64,000 nt of DNA. It comes from Candidatus Poribacteria bacterium (GTDB lineage Bacteria; Poribacteria; WGA-4E; WGA-3G). Below the pieces are notes generated by a model. It saw only the letters and a list, made by a program, of their open reading frames with translations. It was not told the origin of the DNA and made no database searches. Location: assembly GCA_965205025.1 (NCBI GenBank), contig CBDBFU010000014.1, positions 1 through 64,000 of the forward strand, written 5' to 3'. Of the stretch, positions 1 to 8,529 are shown one piece after another. The translations under genes were made by a program, and so were the position numbers. Position 1 is the stretch's first letter. Every line of letters begins with the position of its first letter.

Positions 1-2196
1 CTCAGACTGTTTCCTTCTCTTAGATTTGCCAATCTCATCAAGTGAATCGCTGAATATGACGTCTGGTATTTCTATCTGTAGTAATAATTCGCGTTCCAAC
101 TTTCGTTCCCTAATTACTTGTTTTAGATTTTTACCACTAATCAGTCTTTCTAATTCATCTGGCACCAGATAGAAAATCCCACCATCAAGTTCATACCGAT
201 TATCTAATTCGACTAAAGGCCGTCGAATTTGTTCATAACCGAGCATGAGATAGTATTTGGCAGTTTCTCTAAATGGCATATACCGTCTTGTATAATCCAA
301 CTCTGTTTCAATTTGTTTTTGTATTCCAGGCTTTTTCATTATAGCATCTTTCAGATCTTTCTCTGCGGTATCTTTCAGTTCTGTTTGAGTTGAATCTGAG
401 TATTCTTCATAATTGAGAGATTCAATTACCTGTTCAAGGTATTCTGTGTTTTCGCGCCACCGTGGTTGTGCCAGTTCAAATTCATCTACTGCCCGATGTC
501 CATATACGTTTAGAAAGTCGGAAAGGGTTATTTGTTCGTTTGCTACTTGACGTAGTTTTTCATTTGTTTCAATTGTCATATTTCCTGATTGACCAGTTAT
601 CAAACGATTTACTAACTTTTTTGTGTCTTCCTCACTCATACATTTCTGAAGTGTATTTTCTAACCTCTGAAGCGAGAAACCAGCAAGAAGTGTAGCAATT
701 AGTGCTTTTGGGGCAAAATCTTCTAATGTTTTTTGTATCCATTCATTCACTTTTTCGACTATATCGGCATCGCTCAGATCTGAAAGATCTATAGATTGTT
801 CAATTTGTACAGCCTTCTGGAATTCTGGAAACACTTTTTTAGTTAATACTTGATCAAAATCAGAACGATACTTTCTCAATCGCATCTCCGCTTTGGTCAT
901 TCTAAATATATGAATTGGTAGTTTTAGCCAAAATGAAGCATTGCTACGTCGTATATCTGTTTTTGCTTGAGCATACATTGCTTGCTGTGGAAACAGTTTC
1001 AACTCATAATAGTCATGAGTGAATGGGAATCCCGCGAAGAAGAGTTCAGTTTCTCGGTTTAAGTTAACATAAATTCTGCCACATATAAGATCAAGAATCC
1101 CGATTCTGTCAACTTTTTTACTCGGATAGAAACCTAAATCACGGTATGCCTTACCTAAACCACCATTTCCAGACATGAACTTTTTCATAATTTCCCAAGT
1201 CATAGGTAATGGTGCTGGAAGAACTTCTGCGAGGTTATGATGACTCCATATTGTATTTTCTTTAGCAATTGTCTTTAGAATTTGTATTTCAGCTTGACGT
1301 AGCTTCTGTATATCACTATCTTTTTGGACATTCTGATTTCTACTTTCAACCTTTGCTGTAATAGGCCTTGTCTGTAACAGAAAGAAATCTTCACCTGTAA
1401 GTCCCCATTCTATGTCCATTGGTTGTTTGTATAGTGTTTCAACTTCTAATCCAAGTCTACAAAGTTTCTGTAACTGTTCATTTGTTAGACTTGGTACATT
1501 CTGTTGATCTTCTAATATTTTTGTTATACCGGTATCGGTAAACATTTCTTGTTTTGTTGCAATGGTTTCATTCACCACTTTCCCAGTATCTCGGGATAAT
1601 TCAAAACTATCAGGGGTAATCGAACCTGAGACAACAGATTCACCCAATCCCCAATTTGACTCAATGATACAGGATTGATTGCTAAATGGACTTACCGTGA
1701 ATAACACACCAGAGACATCAGCATTACACATTTCCTGAACAACTACAGCCATTGCCAAATCGTCATTTGAAATTCCTTGATTTTTTCGGTATGAAATTGC
1801 TCGCATAGTCCATAGGGATGCCCAACATCTCTTTATTGCATCAATTACTTCATCCGATTTTACATTTAGAAAAGTGTCTTGTTGACCAGCAAAACTTGCC
1901 TCATCTAAATCTTCAGCGGTAGCACTGGAACGTACAGCAACTGTATCAGTATTTAGACTTTTTCTGGCATTATGGATTTCCTCCAGTAATTCAGGCTTTA
2001 AGTCAATGTCTTTGATATTAGATTCATTCTGTTCAGATAAGTGTTCAACTGATAAACGGTATGCCTCTGTGGTAATGCAAAATCCATTAGGAACTAAAAA
2101 CCCTGAATTAGTTAGTTTACCAAGATTCAGAGCTTTTCCACCAACAAGTGGCAGGTCATCAGTTGTTATCTCTGAAAAGTGTTTGATGAATTGCAT
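1..2196 (-). CDS. PEP/pyruvate-binding (PPDK N-terminal ATP-grasp) protein with rifampin-phosphotransferase-like architecture; 3' end runs off the window
   Basis: Absent from the ORF track. Manual translation from ATG at 2196: MQFIKHFSEITTDDLPLVGGKALNLGKL...VAVRSSATAEDLDEASFAGQQDTFLNV...SNWGLGESVVSG...DIEWG...FLLQTRPIT, and later YGHRAVDEFELAQPRWRE. Confidence 0.85.
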   Translation of the reverse strand, partial: MQFIKHFSEITTDDLPLVGGKALNLGKLTNSGFLVPNGFCITTEAYRLSVEHLSEQNESNIKDIDLKPELLEEIHNARKSLNTDTVAVRSSATAEDLDEASFAGQQDTFLNVKSDEVIDAIKRCWASLWTMRAISYRKNQGISNDDLAMAVVVQEMCNADVSGVLFTVSPFSNQSCIIESNWGLGESVVSGSITPDSFELSRDTGKVVNETIATKQEMFTDTGITKILEDQQNVPSLTNEQLQKLCRLGLEVETLYKQPMDIEWGLTGEDFFLLQTRPITAKVESRNQNVQKDSDIQKLRQAEIQILKTIAKENTIWSHHNLAEVLPAPLPMTWEIMKKFMSGNGGLGKAYRDLGFYPSKKVDRIGILDLICGRIYVNLNRETELFFAGFPFTHDYYELKLFPQQAMYAQAKTDIRRSNASFWLKLPIHIFRMTKAEMRLRKYRSDFDQVLTKKVFPEFQKAVQIEQSIDLSDLSDADIVEKVNEWIQKTLEDFAPKALIATLLAGFSLQRLENTLQKCMSEEDTKKLVNRLITGQSGNMTIETNEKLRQVANEQITLSDFLNVYGHRAVDEFELAQPRWRENTEYLEQVIESLNYEEYSDSTQTELKDTAEKDLKDAIMKKPGIQKQIETELDYTRRYMPFRETAKYYLMLGYEQIRRPLVELDNRYELDGGIFYLVPDELERLISGKNLKQVIRERKLERELLLQIEIPDVIFSDSLDEIGKSKRRKQSE

Positions 2197-2279
2197 TTGA
2201 AGAGTGTATTCGTAGTATGAACCAGTGGAATTAGTATAACAATATACTACTTTCCTTAGCAAGAGAGTTATAAGGGTAG

Positions 2280-2321
2280 TAAAACGAGAAGGCTGGTATG
2301 AAAACCAGCCTTCTCGTTTTA
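2280..2321. terminator. Inverted repeat, likely intrinsic terminator
   Basis: TAAAACGAGAAGGCTGGT-atgaaa-ACCAGCCTTCTCGTTTTA, perfect 18-bp arms, just downstream of the 2343..2885 gene. Confidence 0.8.
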
Positions 2322-2342
2322 GATATCAATTAAGTGTGTTGT

Positions 2343-2885
2343 TTATTCCTCATGGTTATCGTCCTCATGGTCATTGTCACCGTCATCGTCCTCATGATCA
2401 TCGTCCCCATGACCATTGTCGCCGCCATCGTCAACATGGTCATCGTCATGAGCAGCAATACTTTCCTGTGGAGGTTGCATATTGATCCAATCCTTAATGA
2501 TTTTCACTTCCGTATAGGGCAACTGTTCTCCACCTTTAGGCATATTACCACTTACGATTTCTTCGACAATTTCGCTCGCTTCAGCATTTCCAGGTATAAA
2601 TATGGGACCGTGTTCTCCTCCTTCTATAAAAGTCTCGTATGATGTCAAATCAATACCATGAGCGTCAATTCCTCCGTCCACGTGACATCCAGAAAGGGCA
2701 CATTTTTCGGTAAGAATAGGTTGTACAGTCTGTTCAAAAGTCATCTTTGCGTCAGTATCATGTTCATCCATAGATGATGAAAATCCGGGTTCTGACAAAA
2801 ACTCTATAGATTCTCGGGTACATCCGATTATACAAAATAGGAGAACGGTTGTTAGTATAAGATATTTTTGTGTATTTACAATCAT
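2343..2885 (-). CDS. Lipoprotein with planctomycete cytochrome c-like domain and His/Asp-rich tail
   Basis: Lipobox IIGC; TFEQTVQPILTEKCALSGCH (CX4CH); IPGNAEASEI...GNMP...IIKDWI pattern; C-terminal HDDDH repeats. Confidence 0.75.
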   Translation of the reverse strand: MIVNTQKYLILTTVLLFCIIGCTRESIEFLSEPGFSSSMDEHDTDAKMTFEQTVQPILTEKCALSGCHVDGGIDAHGIDLTSYETFIEGGEHGPIFIPGNAEASEIVEEIVSGNMPKGGEQLPYTEVKIIKDWINMQPPQESIAAHDDDHVDDGGDNGHGDDDHEDDDGDNDHEDDNHEE

Positions 2886-2932
2886 TGGTATTCCTTTCTA
2901 ATAATTTAGTAGATTGTAGTAATGCGATTGAA

Positions 2933-4279
2933 CTAATTTCTTCGATAGAATAATCGGATTGGTGTTCCATTAAAACCGAAAGCACTACGAAGATTGTTAA
3001 TCAAGTAAGAAGTATAAGGGGGTCTTATTCTATGAGTATTGCGACCAAAAATCAAAAAAGTGGGTGGTTGCGTTTCAACTTGAGTAATGTATTTGAGTGC
3101 TGGACGTGTTCCCTTCACTCTGGGAGGTGGATGGACAGTTCGTAATTCCATCAACAATTCATTTAAAGCAGGGGTTGGAATGCGTGTACAGTATTCCCTA
3201 TGTACCTCAAGGGCAACATCAAGGATTTTTGATACACGCTGTCCTGTAAGAGCAGAGACGAAGATTTTTGGGACATAATCTAATTGTGGCACTTGACGGG
3301 TAATCATGTCAATGTATTCATCAAATGTCTTGTTGTCCTTTTCGATAAGATCCCATTTATTAAGTACTAAGACAGAAGCTTTCCCGTTCCGTTCAATAAA
3401 ACTTGCAATTGTCTTATCTTGTTGTGCTAATTCTTGTGTGATATCTAATACTAATGCAGCAATATCACTTTGACGAATACTGTGAATGGCACTTCGCACA
3501 GTGGCGGTTTCTAAATCGTCCTTTACGGATGATTTTCTACGCATTCCTGCAGTATCAACAAGCTCAAAAGGAACGTTATCGTAAACAAATTGGATATTCA
3601 CAGCATCACGTGTTGTACCAGGACGGTTGTCTACTATCATTCGCTCTTCACCGAGAAGCGTATTTAGTATTGAGGATTTGCCAACATTTGGTCGACCAAC
3701 TATTGAAATTTTGACAGGTTTTTTAATGTCTTCAGCCGGATCAGGGGTTTCAGGTAGTAATTCTGCTACCGTATCTAAAAGTTGGTGTATGCCTAAATTC
3801 TGTACACAGGAGGTTAATACCGGGGTTTCTAATCCGAGTGCATAGAATTCGGCTGTGTCCATTTCAATTGATCGGCTATCAGCTTTGTTTGCCACAAGGA
3901 TTATAGGTTTTCCTGCTGCTCGAAGTTTATCTGCAACTATAGTATCATGTGGCAGGATACCCTCTCTTGAATCAACGACAAAGAGGATAAGTTCCGCCTC
4001 AGCTAATGCTTCGTCGACTTGGATTTGGACATTATCAATAAGGGGATCTTCAGGGTCAACATCCATTCCACCCGTGTCAACAATAGTAAATGGGGTTTTG
4101 TTCCATTTTACATTTGCATAATTTCTATCTCTTGTGACACCGGGTTGATCATTAACAACAGCAATTTGTTTAGGGTGATCCGTACTTGGTCGTGCATCTG
4201 CTGCAATTCGGTTGAAAATAGATGATTTACCTACATTAGGTCTACCGACGATGGCAACTATGGGAAGTTGATGTTCCAT
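2933..4279 (-). CDS. der: Ribosome biogenesis GTPase Der (EngA)
   Basis: Two GTPase domains (GRPNVGKS twice, DTGG/DTAG, NKAD/NKWD) and a KH-like C-terminus ending GFNGTPIRL. Confidence 0.97.
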   Translation of the reverse strand: MEHQLPIVAIVGRPNVGKSSIFNRIAADARPSTDHPKQIAVVNDQPGVTRDRNYANVKWNKTPFTIVDTGGMDVDPEDPLIDNVQIQVDEALAEAELILFVVDSREGILPHDTIVADKLRAAGKPIILVANKADSRSIEMDTAEFYALGLETPVLTSCVQNLGIHQLLDTVAELLPETPDPAEDIKKPVKISIVGRPNVGKSSILNTLLGEERMIVDNRPGTTRDAVNIQFVYDNVPFELVDTAGMRRKSSVKDDLETATVRSAIHSIRQSDIAALVLDITQELAQQDKTIASFIERNGKASVLVLNKWDLIEKDNKTFDEYIDMITRQVPQLDYVPKIFVSALTGQRVSKILDVALEVHREYCTRIPTPALNELLMELRTVHPPPRVKGTRPALKYITQVETQPPTFLIFGRNTHRIRPPYTSYLINNLRSAFGFNGTPIRLFYRRN

Positions 4280-4297
4280 TATGTATCTCCTGTAATA

Positions 4298-6517
4298 TTA
4301 CGCATCTGCCTCGGTAATCCCGGATTTAGAAACAGAAACAATAGATTTAATAACAACAATTATAGGGATAGCGAGTAGAACACCCCAGAAACCGAGTATG
4401 GAAGCACCTACTATAACAGCAAACATAATTAATAATGGGTCAACATCAACAGCAGAACTCATCACTTTTGGAGAGATAATAGAATTGTCCAACGCTTGTA
4501 TCCCGAGTATTGCACCTAATACAAATAAACTTCTTATGAGGAAATCGATTCCTGTAAATTCACCTGCGGCCAATCCCATTAACATTGCAATTAATGCAAA
4601 ACCTCCACCAATAAATGGTCCGAATGTTGGGATTGCATTACAGAGACCTGCTAATATCCCGATTAGAAGCGCGAATGGCACCCCTATAATTCGATAGATA
4701 ATACAGGAGATGATTGATACAATTACTATTACGGTGAATTGTCCTTTTAGAAACTGCTGCATATTATTATCTATTTCAAGTAAGTATGTTCTGATTGTAT
4801 TACGATGTTGTTCTGGGATTATATTAACCAGACTGTTGAAGTAGTGATCTAATCCTTGAGTTGCATACGCAAAGACTATAAGAGCAAGGAAAAATGTAGC
4901 TATAAATCCACCAAACTGGAATGCAATTGACCCCGCCAATCCTGACAGCCATCTGATTAATGCGCCACCACTTGCAGTCCATCCTGGAATTCTCTCTGTC
5001 AGATATTCTTGGATCTCTTTAACAATGGGTTGATCTCTATAGATGAGGATCCCCGGTTTCTTCTTAATAAGTGTTTCCCAAGAATTGGAGTTTATTGTTT
5101 TATAATGTATAGTATTTTCATTGCCAGCATATAATTCAGCTGGTGTTGAAGTAAATAGATGAATTGATTCTGGTAGGCGATTCGAGCCCTCCGAGGGAAT
5201 CCAGTTTGGTATTTCTATGTTCTTTGTCTCATATAAACCTTTTTTTGTACCGGCATAAAGTTCAGTTTCCTCTTTATTTGTCGCAACCAGTGTTTGTATC
5301 TGGGGTAATTTTCCATCTATAGTAGTTTGTGTATCTGTATTTACTCGTGTCCAAGACATTGGAAAGTCTGATAACTTCCAAAAGACACTATTGACTTCAG
5401 GTTTAGAGTCTTCCGAATCATCTGATTGTTGCTGAGTATTGTTAATACAAGATAGATAGAGAACTCTTTGCTTTCGGTTCATTTTTTCGTATTTCTCAAT
5501 GGATGTGATACTTGTTATAGACGATTCTTCTGAACCATCTATTTCAACGTTCTGCCATTTCTCTCCTGCATCTTCACTTTTGTATAATCCTCTATCTGTA
5601 CCAACATATATCAACGAGGGATTCCAAGATGGAGCGTTAATTGTTTGAATGAGACGTGTCCCCAATTGTGTGGTATCAATTTCAGTCCATAACAATTCTT
5701 CAGTCGGTGCGATTAAAGATTCTTTTATTTTTCCTGTTGCTGCTTTAACAATGTTCTTACTGCATCTGTAGACTGAAGACACAGTTGCAGCATAAATATA
5801 CTTCTCATTTACAGCAATGGTTTGAATATTCTTTCCAACAAGTTCACCGTTTGTAATACCCTTCCTTTTTGTTTTAGTTTCATTTTCCTTAGTTTTCTTT
5901 TTTTTCTCTTCCTTAGTATCTTTATCAATTGGTACAATATAGACACCATGGTCTGTTCCAAGGAATAAGGTGTCAGTATCAGTAGTAATGGTTCTATATT
6001 CTTCGCCAACAACAGAAGGTAACAATGCTTCGTGATAAAATTTTTGCAGACCTTTTGCCATTTGCCCTACTTGAAAACCAACTCCGATGCATGTAAAGAT
6101 TAACACGCTGGTACATACAACGATAATGAGAACAGTGGCAATGCTGCGTTGATAACTTTTCTTGAAGGGAAGTGCTTTCCAAAGAAACCTGAATAGATAC
6201 GCGAATCCAAACCCCACAATGAAAGGCATCAATACGTCTAATAGCCGAATGAACAACCAAAGACAGATCATGATGATCTCAAGGTATACGATAAACTTGA
6301 TACCGACCCATTTATGGATACGTATGAGAAGGGCAATAAGACATATTGGTACAAGCGGATGTAATAGCATGATCTTATGTCCATCTGCATCAGTATGGTT
6401 GCCTTTATAGTACGCAAAGGCGATCCATAGCGCACCGAGAGCCACACTAATTATGGCTAAGACTGTCTCACCTGTTATCCAAGGATTATGGGGGGTTGTA
6501 TTATTTTGGGAATTCAT
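4298..6517 (-). CDS. AI-2E family transporter with large inserted soluble beta-propeller-like domain
   Basis: AI-2E C-terminal motifs (FLKGQ, NAIPTFGPFIG, IQALDNSIISPKVM, GFWGVLLAIP); central YVGTDRGLYKSEDAGEKW repeats. Confidence 0.85.
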   Translation of the reverse strand: MNSQNNTTPHNPWITGETVLAIISVALGALWIAFAYYKGNHTDADGHKIMLLHPLVPICLIALLIRIHKWVGIKFIVYLEIIMICLWLFIRLLDVLMPFIVGFGFAYLFRFLWKALPFKKSYQRSIATVLIIVVCTSVLIFTCIGVGFQVGQMAKGLQKFYHEALLPSVVGEEYRTITTDTDTLFLGTDHGVYIVPIDKDTKEEKKKKTKENETKTKRKGITNGELVGKNIQTIAVNEKYIYAATVSSVYRCSKNIVKAATGKIKESLIAPTEELLWTEIDTTQLGTRLIQTINAPSWNPSLIYVGTDRGLYKSEDAGEKWQNVEIDGSEESSITSITSIEKYEKMNRKQRVLYLSCINNTQQQSDDSEDSKPEVNSVFWKLSDFPMSWTRVNTDTQTTIDGKLPQIQTLVATNKEETELYAGTKKGLYETKNIEIPNWIPSEGSNRLPESIHLFTSTPAELYAGNENTIHYKTINSNSWETLIKKKPGILIYRDQPIVKEIQEYLTERIPGWTASGGALIRWLSGLAGSIAFQFGGFIATFFLALIVFAYATQGLDHYFNSLVNIIPEQHRNTIRTYLLEIDNNMQQFLKGQFTVIVIVSIISCIIYRIIGVPFALLIGILAGLCNAIPTFGPFIGGGFALIAMLMGLAAGEFTGIDFLIRSLFVLGAILGIQALDNSIISPKVMSSAVDVDPLLIMFAVIVGASILGFWGVLLAIPIIVVIKSIVSVSKSGITEADA

Positions 6518-6532
6518 TTTTGTGTAGATATA

Positions 6533-6601
6533 TTAATATCTTCCATAGTAACTTAGCAGGTAATAAAGATTATTCAAACAATGTACTATGGAAGATATTA
6601 A
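6533..6601. repeat. Perfect 18-bp inverted repeat with 33-nt loop (terminator or mRNA stem-loop)
   Basis: TTAATATCTTCCATAGTA (6533-6550) and TACTATGGAAGATATTAA (6584-6601), between the DAACS and AI-2E genes. Confidence 0.7.
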
Positions 6602-6642
6602 CGGGGTTTTTGCTAATTTAGTGACGTGTTTCTATGGATCAA

Positions 6643-8226
6643 CTAAGTTGCAGGAACTTCAGTGGAATCACGGGATTCATAAGTTTCAATGATACCAGCA
6701 CCGACACTGTCGCCCCAAACATTGACTGTTGTACGGAATCTGTCAAGTAGCCAGTCAATTGATAGAATCAATGCGACACCCTCAATCGGTAAGTCAACAG
6801 CATTTAGTACTATCACCATAGTAACGAGTCCAGCTTCAGGTATTCCTGCAGCCCCGATGGCCGCGAGGGTTGCTGTCAAAACAATAATAATCTGAGCTGG
6901 GAGTCCCATAGTATGACCGTATACTTGAGCAATAAACATAACTGCGACAGCTTCATAGAGTGCAGTACCATCCATGTTTATAGTTGCCCCTAAAGGTAGA
7001 ACAAAGCTGGCAGTTCTATTTGAAATACCATTCTGTTCTTCAACACCCTGCATAGTCAGAGGCAATGTTGCGCTGGAACTTGCTGTAGAGAAAGCATTAA
7101 GCAGTGCAGTTCCCATTCCCCTGACGTATCCGAGTGGGTTTCTCCGTCCTAAAATCATTAGGAGGATTGGTAGGATAACCATACCGTGGATACCAAGTCC
7201 TAATAAGACAGTTATACTATATTTACCTACTGCTACTAATTCGGGCCAGAAGCCTGCAAACCCATCTGCCTTCCCTATTCTACCTGCAATTAATCCGAAT
7301 ATTCCTACAGGTGCAGTAAACATAATCCAGTGAACAATCTTCATGACTGCTTCATTAAACCCGTTAAAAATTGCGATAACAGGGTGTCCTGCATCTCCTA
7401 TTGTCGTTAGGGCTGCACCGATGAGTAGTGAGAAGAAGATGATTGGTAAGATATCCATGTTCGCCATTGCCTTGAAGACATTGGTTGGTATCATACCCTG
7501 TTTCCCAGTTTCTTTATTCCCCAAGAATACCTCAATGAGAGTAGCTATCATACTACGGTCTTCTTTACCTTTAACTTTCGAGGCAACGGGTAGTGATATT
7601 CTGACACCTATACCAGAGTCTCTGAGTGTCATATCAACCAACTGATTGTCACTGACCATTAGCAACTTTCCACTTTCAGCAACAATGTATTCCACATCAT
7701 CCGATAAAAGTTGCCATCCACCCACAGTGATAGTATTGCCTTCTATAGTATCAATATTTCCCATGACATTCTGATCTGTGAGCGTAACGACATACTTATT
7801 TGTATAGTCCCCTGTGACATCTCCATCTGTTAATGTAAGCGTTAGGTTATCAGTACCTCCTAAGGTATAATTGGAGTTGGTGAGTTCTTCCTCACCAGAT
7901 AGGCCTGTACCGGGAGAAATTAGGTTGACGAGAATCATCCCAAGGACAACAGAGATCCCAGTCGTAGCCATATAATATAGAACAGTCCGTCCACCGATAG
8001 ACCCCAGGTTGCGAATATCACCTAAGTTGGTTATACCGACAACCATTGAGAAAATGACAAGTGGAACAACAATCATTTTTAGTAGCGTGAGGAAGATATC
8101 ACCCAATATGTGTGTACTTTCGGCAAAATCTGGTGCAAATCCACCGATAAGTCCACCAAGAATGATAGCGATAATTATACCGTAGAGTAGTCCAAGATTT
8201 CCCTTCGCATTTCCATTTTCATTCAT
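6643..8226 (-). CDS. Dicarboxylate/amino acid:cation symporter (DAACS/GltP family)
   Basis: FSTASSSATLP, LPLGATINMDGTALYE, AAIGAAGIP and DWLLDRFRTTVNVWGD motifs. Confidence 0.95.
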   Translation of the reverse strand: MNENGNAKGNLGLLYGIIIAIILGGLIGGFAPDFAESTHILGDIFLTLLKMIVVPLVIFSMVVGITNLGDIRNLGSIGGRTVLYYMATTGISVVLGMILVNLISPGTGLSGEEELTNSNYTLGGTDNLTLTLTDGDVTGDYTNKYVVTLTDQNVMGNIDTIEGNTITVGGWQLLSDDVEYIVAESGKLLMVSDNQLVDMTLRDSGIGVRISLPVASKVKGKEDRSMIATLIEVFLGNKETGKQGMIPTNVFKAMANMDILPIIFFSLLIGAALTTIGDAGHPVIAIFNGFNEAVMKIVHWIMFTAPVGIFGLIAGRIGKADGFAGFWPELVAVGKYSITVLLGLGIHGMVILPILLMILGRRNPLGYVRGMGTALLNAFSTASSSATLPLTMQGVEEQNGISNRTASFVLPLGATINMDGTALYEAVAVMFIAQVYGHTMGLPAQIIIVLTATLAAIGAAGIPEAGLVTMVIVLNAVDLPIEGVALILSIDWLLDRFRTTVNVWGDSVGAGIIETYESRDSTEVPAT

Positions 8227-8529
8227 AGTTTGTTTCCTTTGGTTGGTGGAGTTTTATCTCCGAGATTAAAGTTATACTGCTTTGATGAAGTCTACAATTT
8301 TATAAGTATGTAATTGTTCTTAGACCTAAACAATATGTGAAATTCGATACTACCTCTATGCAGAATGTATATATATTTGCATGAGGGGACTTCATTTACC
8401 TGATCACTTGAAGGCGGTCCCAGTGACAGCCTTATAAGAGCGGTCAATAATAAACCCTTATCCGCCCAAGTCCTTAATTTTTAAAGTCGGATTATGGAAT
8501 AATAGTGTCAAAACTAATACTGTCTCACC

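Noticed and set aside
2334-2642. Hydrophobic 102-aa plus-strand ORF
   Set aside because: Antisense shadow of the GAT/GAC/CAT repeats encoding the His/Asp tail.
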